From an uncultured Candidatus Bathyarchaeia archaeon (lineage in GTDB: Archaea > Thermoproteota > Bathyarchaeia > Bathyarchaeales > DTEX01): a DNA stretch of 57,149 nt. Position 1 is the stretch's first letter. Each line of letters starts with the position of its first letter. Positions 1 to 9,542 of this stretch are shown here, piece by piece. The position numbers were made by a program, and so were the translations under genes. The stretch spans positions 1-57,149 of the forward strand of contig CAYPJR010000001.1 of NCBI GenBank assembly GCA_964411115.1, written 5' to 3'. The notes beneath the pieces were generated by a model. It did no database searches and was not told the DNA's origin. It worked only from the letters and a program-made list of their open reading frames with translations.

Positions 1-218
1 GCTGGCGAAGACGTTAAATGCTATATTGCCATCTGCGATAATAGCCTTTCATCTGTAAGTAAAGATATAAATATGGGAATGCGTAGTCAATTGATGGTGA
101 AAGCGGATGCCAACGCATGGTAGCCTCTCAAAAGCCGGGAAGGTTCGTTCACAAACCCCTAAAATAGAGCCGCTTCCTAAAACCCGGAAACCCCCCAGAA
201 TAAGGGTTAGGAGAAACT

Positions 219-329
219 ATGAAAAAAGGATCATGCTCCAGAGGAAGCCAGGGCAAAACTGGATTCTTTAGCGCAGCAGCTAAAAGGGCTTTTCATAAAT
301 CATCTATTGATTTCTCACATTTCTTATGA
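219..329 (+). CDS. possible 36-aa basic small protein (no homology support)
   Basis: ATG with AGGAG 6 nt upstream, inside an otherwise ORF-free spacer of about 300 nt. Product: MKKGSCSRGSQGKTGFFSAAAKRAFHKSSIDFSHFL. Confidence 0.15.
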   Translation: MKKGSCSRGSQGKTGFFSAAAKRAFHKSSIDFSHFL

Positions 330-426
330 ATCCGCTTCCAATTCTTTTTAGCTAAGTCAGAGAGATCTCAGCGTTTCCGGTCATGAAAAATTTAAAAATG
401 TTAAATTATCTTTCCACCTTATTTTT

Positions 427-2040
427 ATGCTTGAGCGTGAATCTATGATTCCCTCAATCGTAAACGACTTCATAAAATCTTATGGAGTTGAGAGAACCAT
501 AAAGATATATGAGAACTCCCTAATCAGAAGGAATAGGTGCTTATTCTTTTTAATCAGGGAAAATTTAGATAAGAAATTAGCCATCATCTACCCTAAAAAG
601 GGTTTCAGATTTCTGGAGGACTTCATCTTTGAGGAGCATGGATGCTTCAATCATGGATTTAAAAAACTTAATTACATCATTTGCCCATGCAACAGTAAAA
701 ACGCTTCAATATTGAGGAAGATTTTCCCGTACACCCGTCCGCAGGCAATAGGTTTAAAAGCCGCCATAGGATTAGGCGACAGATTAGGTTTAGCCACACC
801 GGGACATATAAGAGCTATAAAGCGGTTTAACGTTTTTCCCGTCTTAGCTCAGCAATCCGCAAGGGAGATGGAGCGCACGGGACGGAAGCCGCAGGATGTT
901 CTAGACGATGTTTCTTGGGCAGTTTTCCAGGAGGGCTATAGGGGAGGATTCGCCGCCGACGCTGACCATTTAAAGAGGGAGGAGGATTTAGATGCAGCAT
1001 TTAAAGCCGGCTTCACAATGTACACTGTTGATCCATCAGATTACATTGAGGCTGACGATTACAGCCCTGAAATTCTCAGGGGGAAGTTTGAGAGTCTTCC
1101 ATGGAGCGAAATGGGATGCAGCAAAGAGCGCTTTTTAAGGATTTACATGCGTAAAAGGCTGATTCTTTACATGCCAAACGGTGAAGATAGAGAGCTTAGG
1201 TTTTCTGAGGATGAGCTGATTAAAGCCGCCGTTAAGTTTTCCCGCGCAATACTCTTTGCCACCAGAATGCATAGGCGGCTGAGGATGCTCTTTGGGCGTA
1301 GAAGATTCGATTTTGAGGTTTCAATTGACGAAACCGAAGAGCCGACAACTCCCCTAGAGCATTTCTTCTTAATCTCGGAGTTTAAAAGATTAGGCGTGAG
1401 GATTCACAGTTTAGCCCTAAAATTTGTCGGAAGATTTGAGAAAGCTGTTGACTATATAGGGGATCTAAAGGAGTTTGAAAGTTCATTTATAGAGCATCTT
1501 TTAATATCTAAACAATGCGGGCCATACAAAATAAGCGTTCATTCTGGCAGCGACAAATTCTCGATTTACCCAATAATTGGCAGATTAGCGTCAGAAAATA
1601 TTCATCTAAAAACATCTGGAACAAGCTACCTTGAATCTTTAAGGATCATTGCCAGACATGACCCGAAGCTTTTCAGAGAGATACTTAAATTTAGCCTAGA
1701 ACACTTCTGGAAGGATCGGAGAAGCTACCATGTGAGCGCTGACCCATCCTTCATGCCTAACCCAGATGATGTACCAGACCGAGAATTAGAAAAGACATTT
1801 CTAGGGAGATCTGAAGGAAGACAGATTCTACATGTCACTTACGGCTCAGTTTTAATGGCGAGAAACAGCGATGGAAAATGGTTTTTCCGCGAACGCATAA
1901 GAAGATTGCTGCTTGAGAACGAGGAAGAATTTTATGAGACAATCGCGGCGCATACGGCTAGACACATAAAAGAATGCTTCATTGCTGGAGGCGGCGCCAA
2001 AAAGCCCTCCCACTTTAGTGGGGAAAGAGTCAAAGCATAA
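427..2040 (+). CDS. tagaturonate/fructuronate epimerase (UxaE)-like protein
   Basis: 537-aa ORF. The GLGDRLGLATPGH...AQQSAREMERTGR...GFAADADHLK pattern is recalled from the UxaE family. A TTTAAAAA/TTAAATTAT TATA-like stretch lies 20-35 nt upstream. Confidence 0.5.
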   Translation: MLERESMIPSIVNDFIKSYGVERTIKIYENSLIRRNRCLFFLIRENLDKKLAIIYPKKGFRFLEDFIFEEHGCFNHGFKKLNYIICPCNSKNASILRKIFPYTRPQAIGLKAAIGLGDRLGLATPGHIRAIKRFNVFPVLAQQSAREMERTGRKPQDVLDDVSWAVFQEGYRGGFAADADHLKREEDLDAAFKAGFTMYTVDPSDYIEADDYSPEILRGKFESLPWSEMGCSKERFLRIYMRKRLILYMPNGEDRELRFSEDELIKAAVKFSRAILFATRMHRRLRMLFGRRRFDFEVSIDETEEPTTPLEHFFLISEFKRLGVRIHSLALKFVGRFEKAVDYIGDLKEFESSFIEHLLISKQCGPYKISVHSGSDKFSIYPIIGRLASENIHLKTSGTSYLESLRIIARHDPKLFREILKFSLEHFWKDRRSYHVSADPSFMPNPDDVPDRELEKTFLGRSEGRQILHVTYGSVLMARNSDGKWFFRERIRRLLLENEEEFYETIAAHTARHIKECFIAGGGAKKPSHFSGERVKA

Positions 2041-2054
2041 TTGGATAGTTAATT

Positions 2055-3089
2055 TCATCTTCGAGAAAGGAGAAGTGAAAACTTCAATTTGATATCTTGG
2101 AGAGTTGCTTGAATATCGTTTCTAATTAATCCTTTGCCTATAAGGTTTGAGTCATTAATTTTTCTCACGGATTGTATACGCATCCTTTTCATCATTATCC
2201 CCCTCAAGCTGACGATGGGATAAAAAAGACTTTTAAAAATCTCCTTCGATTCAACTGTTCTACCGGTTAAGGCTAGCCCCATGCCAGCCAGAAAAGTTAA
2301 GGCGGCATAGAGAGTTAGCCGCCATAGGAGATTTTTTAATTCATAATTCTTAAGCATCGTGCACATCCTATTTTTAACTGAATGGTAGAGTTTTTTAGGG
2401 CTTAAAAATCTTTCCTGCCCACCTTCATGAAGCACTATTGATGATGGAACGAGGATTACGCTATATCCAAGAAGCCTAACTCTAAAAGAGAAATCTGTGT
2501 CGTCATCATAGATGAAGTAGTCTGGGTCGAAGCCGCCAACCTTCTCAAACACGTCCCGCCTAACAATGCATCCGGCTGATGATGAAGCGAACAATTCTAA
2601 AGCGTTTACAATATAGTCGGATCTTAAACCTCGAAGGGTATACCATGTTCCTAGGGCGTCAAGCGCTATTCCAGCATGATCCATTATTCCAGGGTTTTCC
2701 GCCATAACTATTTTGGCTTGCGCAACACCTATTTTTTCATCGCTTTCCATAGCTTTAACTAGCTCTGTAAGCCACCCCTCAGTAACGTAGGCGTCATTAT
2801 CTAGAAAAGCAATGTACTTGCTTCTAGGATCTAAAAATTCTCTGTCGACATTATGGGAGGCTGAGGCGCCAATATCATGGTCATAATGCAGCAATTTAAT
2901 TTCTGGAAAAGAATTTTTAAACCATTCATCAATATTCTCAGTTAAGCAGTCCACAACTATTACTTCATAATTGGGATAACTTGTCCGCTTCAAAAATTTT
3001 AGGCATTTCTCCAGCTGCTGGATACCTCTAAAATTAATCACTATAACTGATACCTTAGGCGGCTCTCCGCTTCTTAAGCCCATTGCCAC
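2055..3089 (-). CDS. family 2 glycosyltransferase
   Basis: VSVIVINFRG N-terminus, DNDA (DxD-like) motif and a GT-A fold pattern. GTG start at 3089; alternative ATG at 3083. Confidence 0.8.
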   Translation of the reverse strand: MAMGLRSGEPPKVSVIVINFRGIQQLEKCLKFLKRTSYPNYEVIVVDCLTENIDEWFKNSFPEIKLLHYDHDIGASASHNVDREFLDPRSKYIAFLDNDAYVTEGWLTELVKAMESDEKIGVAQAKIVMAENPGIMDHAGIALDALGTWYTLRGLRSDYIVNALELFASSSAGCIVRRDVFEKVGGFDPDYFIYDDDTDFSFRVRLLGYSVILVPSSIVLHEGGQERFLSPKKLYHSVKNRMCTMLKNYELKNLLWRLTLYAALTFLAGMGLALTGRTVESKEIFKSLFYPIVSLRGIMMKRMRIQSVRKINDSNLIGKGLIRNDIQATLQDIKLKFSLLLSRR

Positions 3090-3096
3090 CGTAAAC

Positions 3097-4200
3097 CTAT
3101 CTAATTTTATCAGTTACCTCAACCCACATTCTCATATTTTTAATTTGAGCATTCCAAAATTTAATCTGTAACTTATCTTTAAAACATCTCTCTATGTTCC
3201 TCGCTAAAAAATCTGCCAGCTCAAGATAGCAGTCAGAATAGGTTTTAGCCGACAACTCGGCTTCCTCACATATCCTCCAAACATGCTCATTCATGTATAA
3301 CCCGTTAACTTCCTTCTTTAAATCATTAAATACATTGCGCGGTCTCTTAACATGCAATTCTAAAGGTTTACCTAAACATATTTTATCTCCTATTTGATCC
3401 GAGATTCTTTTAAGAAAAACACCTGACCATATATCATCAAATCTATCCACGCCCATATAATTCATATAAAGCTGATAGAAAGCTGGAACGGCTTTAGAAA
3501 GGAAAGACGTATTCATACTGCAAACTGAGAAATATACGCCTTTACCTAAAACAACTTTTTCGATCCTTAAGCCTCTACTCTCCACCTTACTCCTCCCGTC
3601 AATTCCGCCATAATGAATTAATGTTAAGGCATCTAAATCCGGCTGACCGCGCCAAAGCCCCATGTTAAGCAAGCATTTACCTCCCCCCTCAGTCCAGGCA
3701 TAATCCTCATCCCTGCAGGGGGACATGTAGGGGTGACCCCTTGGGAAGATCCTTTCATCAACATTTAATAGGAGATTATCCATCGTGTTGTACCATCCCC
3801 CCTTAGATTGAACGGTTACGCCGCTTTCACCGAAAAGGTTTGATAAATGCTCCTTAAGGAAGTTTTTTGAAATGTATACGTCATCGTCCAGCTCAATTAT
3901 TACATCAGCTTGATCCTCATAGGCTTTAAGAAAACCGAAAGATGATTCCGCATGGCATCTTTTTGGAATTAAATTGTAATATTTCTCAAAGGAACCGCCG
4001 AACCGACCCTTAAACCATTGCTTCCTCTCCTTTGGCCCATAATATTCATGCATAATAGAAGAGAGTATCTCTGAATTTTTCTTACGAATTTTCTCATCGC
4101 CTTCATCCACCACAATAACCTTAACGTTCTCATCCTCACAGTTGAAATCCTTCAGGTTCACTAAAGGATTTATTGATGGAACAATAATGTAAATTAGCAT
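3097..4200 (-). CDS. reversibly glycosylated polypeptide (RGP, GT75 / UDP-arabinopyranose mutase)-like protein
   Basis: Collinear matches to plant RGP1 blocks: DDDVYI~DDDCFV, RGHPY~RGYPF, MGLWRGQPDLDALTLI~HGLWLNIPDYDAPTQL, DRFDDIWSGV~GRYDDMWAGW, FNDLKKEVNG~VNLKKEYKG. Confidence 0.7.
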   Translation of the reverse strand: MLIYIIVPSINPLVNLKDFNCEDENVKVIVVDEGDEKIRKKNSEILSSIMHEYYGPKERKQWFKGRFGGSFEKYYNLIPKRCHAESSFGFLKAYEDQADVIIELDDDVYISKNFLKEHLSNLFGESGVTVQSKGGWYNTMDNLLLNVDERIFPRGHPYMSPCRDEDYAWTEGGGKCLLNMGLWRGQPDLDALTLIHYGGIDGRSKVESRGLRIEKVVLGKGVYFSVCSMNTSFLSKAVPAFYQLYMNYMGVDRFDDIWSGVFLKRISDQIGDKICLGKPLELHVKRPRNVFNDLKKEVNGLYMNEHVWRICEEAELSAKTYSDCYLELADFLARNIERCFKDKLQIKFWNAQIKNMRMWVEVTDKIR

Positions 4201-4301
4201 GCTTAATCCTCAAGACATTTAGCAGTTAACAAAAGGATTTTGTAGGAAAACCCTTTTAACTTTTGCGACATTTAAGTCTCTTTTGACGCTCCTATAAAGA
4301 A

Positions 4302-5321
4302 GTGAAAATGATGGTTAAGGGCGATTATAAGCCTTTTGTTTCAATAATTATTCCAGCATTTAACTCGGAAGCAACGATAAAGGATCTTCTAGAATCTCTA
4401 ATGCTATTAGACTATGATAAGGATCGCCTTGAGATTATACTTGTAGACGGCGGCTCAACTGATGGAACAAGAGAGATAGCAAAAAACTATCCTGTACGAA
4501 TTATCGTGGAGAATAGAAGGGGGATAAATGTCGCCAGAAATTCAGGTGTGAAATCCAGTAAGGGTGAAATTTTAGTCTTCACAGATTCAGACTGCATCGT
4601 TCCGAAAGATTGGATTCGTAAAATAGTGGATGATTTCAGAGATGGGAGCATCGGATGCCTAGGCGGCAGCGCCCTAAGATATGAAGATAACTTCCTCTCC
4701 AGATATGCGGACATAAGCGTGGTGCCAGTCTTAAGAAGGTTTAGGAAACGCGAAGTCTTAGATAATGTGAAGCTTCTCTTAAGATACCCTGCCGGATGCA
4801 ACATGGCTTTCAGAAGGGAAGCCGTGGAAAAAGCAGGGCTATTTAACGAAAAAATCCATTACGGCTTTGATGAAGATGATCTTGCGGAGCGAGTATGCAG
4901 ATTAGGCTATAAAATGCTGCTTGACCCGGAAGTTATTGTTTGGCATAAGCATAGAAGAAGCTTGCGGAATCTTCTAAAACAATTCTTTAATTATGGCAGG
5001 GGCGGAGCTCTCCTCGTTAGAACAGGCATTAAAGGAAAATTTTCACAATGGATTTTAATAAGCCTGCTCTCCTTTTCAGCGTGGATTGCCATATCCATCT
5101 CTTTAGCATCACTTTCAATCATGTTCAATAAAATATTTATAATCCCATTTCTCTCGATAACATTTTTCCCCCTGCTTTTTCTAGCCGTGCTTTACACCAT
5201 CGGGTTTCCTGGAAAAATGGGGCATCGAATTGAAGCCATCGCCTATCCGCTGGTAGATTTGCTGAGGCTTTTATCTTTCAATTTAGGCATAATCTACGGC
5301 CTCCTTAGACCGAAGATTTAA
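4302..5321 (+). CDS. family 2 glycosyltransferase with C-terminal transmembrane segments
   Basis: VSIIIPAFNSE, VDGGSTDGT and TDSDC motifs. The last ~100 aa are hydrophobic. Confidence 0.8.
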   Translation: MKMMVKGDYKPFVSIIIPAFNSEATIKDLLESLMLLDYDKDRLEIILVDGGSTDGTREIAKNYPVRIIVENRRGINVARNSGVKSSKGEILVFTDSDCIVPKDWIRKIVDDFRDGSIGCLGGSALRYEDNFLSRYADISVVPVLRRFRKREVLDNVKLLLRYPAGCNMAFRREAVEKAGLFNEKIHYGFDEDDLAERVCRLGYKMLLDPEVIVWHKHRRSLRNLLKQFFNYGRGGALLVRTGIKGKFSQWILISLLSFSAWIAISISLASLSIMFNKIFIIPFLSITFFPLLFLAVLYTIGFPGKMGHRIEAIAYPLVDLLRLLSFNLGIIYGLLRPKI

Positions 5322-5460
5322 GAATAAAAATTCCTGGATGATGCAAAAAATTTCAGTTATATGCGGAAGTATCACATTTTAGAGTTACAGTTAAGTAGAA
5401 TTAACCCGGAAATATTATAATTGATTCCTTAGAAAAATGGAAAATGAAAGATGACCCCCT

Positions 5461-6492
5461 ATGATTACATACTCAAAAGTTTTAAGCATTATTAAACGTC
5501 TCGTAAAGTCTCCCGGTCCCCGTCACGCCCAGATATTTTTAACTAGAAGATGTAATTATCGCTGTAGGGATTGCAACGTGTGGATGAGTCAGGAATCCCG
5601 CGAATTATCAACCGAAGAGGTTAAGCGCAGTTTAGATGTTCTGCGTGAGATAGGGGTTTTAGAAATAGTTTTCTCCGGCGGGAACCCCCTTCTTCGCGAT
5701 GACATAGGTGAAATAATAGATTATGCTTCTAAATATTTTATAACAACAGTCTATGATAATGGTAGTTTAGCGGCGGATAAAATAGATGAAATACGTAATG
5801 CCGATTTTGTCGCCATATCTCTTGACACATTAGATGAAAAGAAAAATGATTATTTTAAGGGTGTCGGCGGCGCTTGGAGAAAAGCCATGAACGCCATAGA
5901 AATTCTTAAGAAAGAGGGAATCCATGTGGGTGTCTCCCCAACCATATCGCAAATGAACCTTTATGAAATAGTAGATTTTACGAAGTTTTTTATAAAACGT
6001 GAGGTGCCTGTGTGGTACTGTCTCTATGCTTACGATTATTCGTTTAGTAACAGCGCATTCTCGATAGGTGTAAAAAACGACGAGTACGAGATAACTGATA
6101 GAAAAACTCTGGCTGAGATTTGCGATATACTCATGGGAATGAAGAAGAAAAGCGGATACATCTACATAACCGATAGGACACTTAGGGCAATAAAGCATTT
6201 GGCTTTAACCGGCAAAAGATCATGGGAATGCGGGGCTCTTAAAAACTTCCTAGTCGTAGATCATTTAGGCAGAGTTTCAGGCTGCCACTGCAGAGACCCA
6301 GTGGCATCAATATTTGATCTGCCGAAGATTTGGAAAAGCCCATACATTAAGAGATTAAGAGACGAGTATAGGCAATGCTCAAGATGCGCCTATCTATGTT
6401 ACATATTTTATTCGGTTCACGAAGGTTTCCCAGGACTGGTGGACGTAATTATTGATCAAAGGAGGAACGTTAAATCCTATATGGGTAAATAA
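5461..6492 (+). CDS. radical SAM enzyme with SPASM/twitch-like C-terminal Cys domain
   Basis: CNYRCRDC (CX3CX2C) at aa 31-38. The C-terminus has C-x12-G-x4-C (CGALKNFLVVDHLGRVSGC) followed by CSRCAYLC. Confidence 0.8.
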   Translation: MITYSKVLSIIKRLVKSPGPRHAQIFLTRRCNYRCRDCNVWMSQESRELSTEEVKRSLDVLREIGVLEIVFSGGNPLLRDDIGEIIDYASKYFITTVYDNGSLAADKIDEIRNADFVAISLDTLDEKKNDYFKGVGGAWRKAMNAIEILKKEGIHVGVSPTISQMNLYEIVDFTKFFIKREVPVWYCLYAYDYSFSNSAFSIGVKNDEYEITDRKTLAEICDILMGMKKKSGYIYITDRTLRAIKHLALTGKRSWECGALKNFLVVDHLGRVSGCHCRDPVASIFDLPKIWKSPYIKRLRDEYRQCSRCAYLCYIFYSVHEGFPGLVDVIIDQRRNVKSYMGK

Positions 6493-6571
6493 TGATGAAA
6501 AGATGATTTTCACGGCAACCTAGAAAAATTAAAATTTAAATTATTTACTTTATGCTATAGGCGATCTGATC

Positions 6572-7054
6572 ATGAAGATTGAGGTTGTAAGTATAGATAT
6601 GCCGAAAGACAGCAATGTAATTCTTGGAATGTCCCACTTCATAAAGACCGTTGAGGATCTTTACGAGGCAATGGTCAATTCAGTTCCCGGAATAAAGTTT
6701 GGTTTAGCATTCTGCGAAAGCAGCGGGGAATGCTTAGTTCGCGTCGAGGGCACGGATGAGGAGCTTAAAAAGGTGGCTGCTGAAAACATGCTTAAACTCG
6801 GCTGCGGACACTCCTTCATAATATTTCTGAGAGGAGCCTATCCGATAAATGTGCTTAATGCCATAAAGAGGGTTCCGGAGGTCTGCACCATATATGCAGC
6901 TACGGCTAACCCCTTACAGGTTATTGTTGCCGAAACTGAGCAGGGAAGGGGCATAATGGGCGTTATAGACGGCTCAAAGCCCAAGGGTATTGAAGATGAA
7001 AAAGGCGTTGAGTGGCGCAGAAGCTTGCTGAGAAAACTTGGATATAAAAAATAG
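6572..7054 (+). CDS. adenosine-specific kinase family (PF04008-like) protein
   Basis: 160 aa. The N-terminal pattern MKIEVV...[19 protein letters not shown]...[13 protein letters not shown] is recalled from this archaeal family. Confidence 0.55.
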   Translation: MKIEVVSIDMPKDSNVILGMSHFIKTVEDLYEAMVNSVPGIKFGLAFCESSGECLVRVEGTDEELKKVAAENMLKLGCGHSFIIFLRGAYPINVLNAIKRVPEVCTIYAATANPLQVIVAETEQGRGIMGVIDGSKPKGIEDEKGVEWRRSLLRKLGYKK

Positions 7055-7069
7055 AAGGAAGAACTTGTA

Positions 7070-7879
7070 ATGGATCGGATTATTGAATTGCTGGATGTTT
7101 GGAAAGCCTATGATGGTGTTCAGGCTCTTAGGGGACTAAATCTGGACGTGTATAAAGGCGAGATTTTCGGGCTCTTAGGACCTAACGGCGCCGGAAAGAC
7201 CACGACGATAAAGATCATTGTTGGCCTTTTAAGGATGGATAGGGGCACGGTTAGAGTGAATAATTTCGACATTACCGAGGAGCCGTATAGATATAAAAAG
7301 TTTATTGGCTACGTGCCCGAGTCAGTTTCCCTGCCAGATTATCTAACGCTTGAGGAATTTCTAATATACTCGGGGAAGATTAGAGGCGTGCCGAATGAGC
7401 AAATTAGGGAGAGAATGAACCATTACATTAACCTTTTCGAGCTTGAAGATAAGAGAAAAGCGCTTATATTATCCTTATCTAGGGGCATGCGGCAGAAGGC
7501 CGCTATTGCCGCTGCGTTAATCAATGATCCAGAGATACTTATTCTTGACGAACCATTCATAGGTATAGATCCAGCGGGGCAGCATGCGATAAAAGAAATT
7601 TTCAATGAGAGAGTTAACGATGGGAAGACGATTTTCATATCAACACATATGCTTGACACAGCTGAAAGACTATGCGGCAGAGTTGCAATAATCCATAATG
7701 GGCAGAACGTTGCCTCAGGAGATCTAAAGAAACTTCAGCGGCTCTCCGAGGTTAGTGAAAACGCAACTTTAGAAGAGGTTTTCTTGAAACTTACGGAAGA
7801 AGCTAAAGAACCGATTGTTGAGGAAGCCGCTGAAAGGAGGAGACGCAGCTTTTTAGGCTTAATTGGGAGAAAAACTTAA
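7070..7879 (+). CDS. ABC transporter ATP-binding protein (ABC-2/DrrA-like)
   Basis: Walker A GPNGAGKTT, signature LSRGMRQK, Walker B ILILDEP. Confidence 0.9.
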   Translation: MDRIIELLDVWKAYDGVQALRGLNLDVYKGEIFGLLGPNGAGKTTTIKIIVGLLRMDRGTVRVNNFDITEEPYRYKKFIGYVPESVSLPDYLTLEEFLIYSGKIRGVPNEQIRERMNHYINLFELEDKRKALILSLSRGMRQKAAIAAALINDPEILILDEPFIGIDPAGQHAIKEIFNERVNDGKTIFISTHMLDTAERLCGRVAIIHNGQNVASGDLKKLQRLSEVSENATLEEVFLKLTEEAKEPIVEEAAERRRRSFLGLIGRKT

Positions 7880-9450
7880 TGGCTTCAAACATTATCTTGG
7901 ACATTTACAGGCTTAAGATCAAAATATTCTTCGGATCCTTTAGGGCATCTAAAATCAGCCTGGCTTTACTAGCCCTCTACGCTCTAGGTCTCCTCCCAAG
8001 TGTATTCGGTTTCTCACTCATGATCACTAGCGCTGTTAATCAGGAGAATGCAAATATAGATATGTACATTGAGAACTTAGCAGCAATCGTAAGTGGCTTT
8101 ATAAGCATAATTCTCTTATTAACGTTAAGAGGTTACACCGCATTCGAATATGAGCAAAGTTTAATTTTTACGTCTCCAATAACCCCCAGAAAATTTTTAT
8201 TCGCAAGTTTATTTGCAGATTTGACGGAGTCCCTTCCCTTCACCCATCCAATCTTCATATTGTTTGGCGCGGTAGCGTATTCCCTTAGTATGAGGCCCCT
8301 CTCAGCATTAACAATGCTTTTTATTATCATCCTCTTCATCTTCATGCTTCTTTTTCTGAAGATCTCCCTTTCCATAATAAATTCCCTATATAAGAAGCCG
8401 TGGCTGAGAGCGATGCTGCTGATTCTCATAGTTCTCTCTCTTCTTCCCGCCTTAGCCGGATTATACGCTGATTTTCCATTAAAGTATAATTTACTTCCCC
8501 ACCCGTCAACTTTTCTGGCAAGATCTCTCATAAATATCGTGTACGAGAATGGTTTGCAATTGCTGGACAGCATCGGTTTATTTTCCTATTTTATATTCTC
8601 GCTAGCACTTTTCATGTTTGTCTCTGGGAAGAACTTTTTCCAGCATGTTACGTATATCCCGTTTATTTCACCATTTGACGCTTCGATGCGTGCGCAGACA
8701 TTGAAAATGGAGAGAACAATTAAGACTTTTTCGCGAATGGGGTTAATTTTCACTTTAAATGTTGAATCAAAGTCTTTATTGGGCTTTTTAATGAAGAAGG
8801 AGATGATCCGTATGCTTCGGGATGGAAGCCTATTCTCCGTAATATTCCTTTATGCAATATTGATAGTAGTAATGTCCTTTACATCAGTCTCAGGAAGCCA
8901 AGGAAAAGAAGCTCCTGCTCCCATATTCCTCATGTTCTTTATGGGCACGTATTCGCTCATCACTCCTTTAATGCTCATCAGTAATTGGAGGTTTTCGGAC
9001 TTTGAGAATATTTGGATACCATTAACTTCCAACCTTGACCCCCGCACATTTGCTAAGGCTCTACTCTATGACCTCATAATAATAGCTTCGCTTGTTCCAG
9101 CGGTAATGTCGCTGATTTTATCCGTAATATCCGGCGTTAGCATATTATTGCCGCTTATTTTAATAGTTTCAACTTCAATAATAGGCAGCTCCACAAATCT
9201 TTATTTAATGATACGATTCTCCGGAAAAAGAAGGCGGAGCACACCGTCATTTCTTATAGGCTGGGCATCCATGCTACTCTCCGGACTGCTTTTAATCCCA
9301 ACTTACATCCTCATCCTATTGGGCATGCACCTAAAGATTGATGATGCAATAAATGCTCTAATTTCAATTCCAATGTTAGCCTACTCAATTTTCATCATGA
9401 AATATTTTCTGAAGAAAACCGGGGAAAACATAGTTAATATGGAAGTTTAA
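7879..9450 (+). CDS. polytopic membrane protein, putative ABC exporter permease
   Basis: Its start overlaps the ATPase stop (TAATG). 523 aa with many hydrophobic helices. Confidence 0.65.
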   Translation: MASNIILDIYRLKIKIFFGSFRASKISLALLALYALGLLPSVFGFSLMITSAVNQENANIDMYIENLAAIVSGFISIILLLTLRGYTAFEYEQSLIFTSPITPRKFLFASLFADLTESLPFTHPIFILFGAVAYSLSMRPLSALTMLFIIILFIFMLLFLKISLSIINSLYKKPWLRAMLLILIVLSLLPALAGLYADFPLKYNLLPHPSTFLARSLINIVYENGLQLLDSIGLFSYFIFSLALFMFVSGKNFFQHVTYIPFISPFDASMRAQTLKMERTIKTFSRMGLIFTLNVESKSLLGFLMKKEMIRMLRDGSLFSVIFLYAILIVVMSFTSVSGSQGKEAPAPIFLMFFMGTYSLITPLMLISNWRFSDFENIWIPLTSNLDPRTFAKALLYDLIIIASLVPAVMSLILSVISGVSILLPLILIVSTSIIGSSTNLYLMIRFSGKRRRSTPSFLIGWASMLLSGLLLIPTYILILLGMHLKIDDAINALISIPMLAYSIFIMKYFLKKTGENIVNMEV

Positions 9451-9542
9451 TCATGCTTTAGGAATAATCTTGTCTTGCCATGGGCTTCTTAACTTTAGTG
9501 GGAATTCGACTTTAGGCATTAGCGCCATGTTGGGATGGATGA

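Noticed and set aside
1-123. Open frame running off the 5' edge (AGEDVKCYIAICDNSLSSVSKDINMGMRSQLMVKADANAW-stop), possibly the 3' end of a gene.
   Set aside because: It is only 40 codons, has no recognisable motif and its start lies outside the window, so it cannot be supported.
100-180. tRNA-like impression: GGTTCG, plus terminal AGCGG...CCGCT complementarity.
   Set aside because: It cannot be folded into a cloverleaf. There is no proper T-arm (GGTTCGTTCAC lacks a 5-bp stem) and no D or anticodon arms.
1852-2058. 68-aa minus-strand ORF overlapping the 3' end of the UxaE-like gene.
   Set aside because: It is antisense to a well-supported CDS, has a low-complexity product and no start context.
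5338-5382. 14-codon ORF (MMQKISVICGSITF) upstream of the SPASM-like radical SAM, as a possible RiPP precursor.
   Set aside because: It has no SD and is very short, so such ORFs are expected by chance in A/T-rich spacers. The idea rests only on proximity.
8133-8573. 146-aa ORF antisense to the ABC permease.
   Set aside because: It lies entirely inside a coherent polytopic membrane CDS, and its composition is typical of antisense translation.
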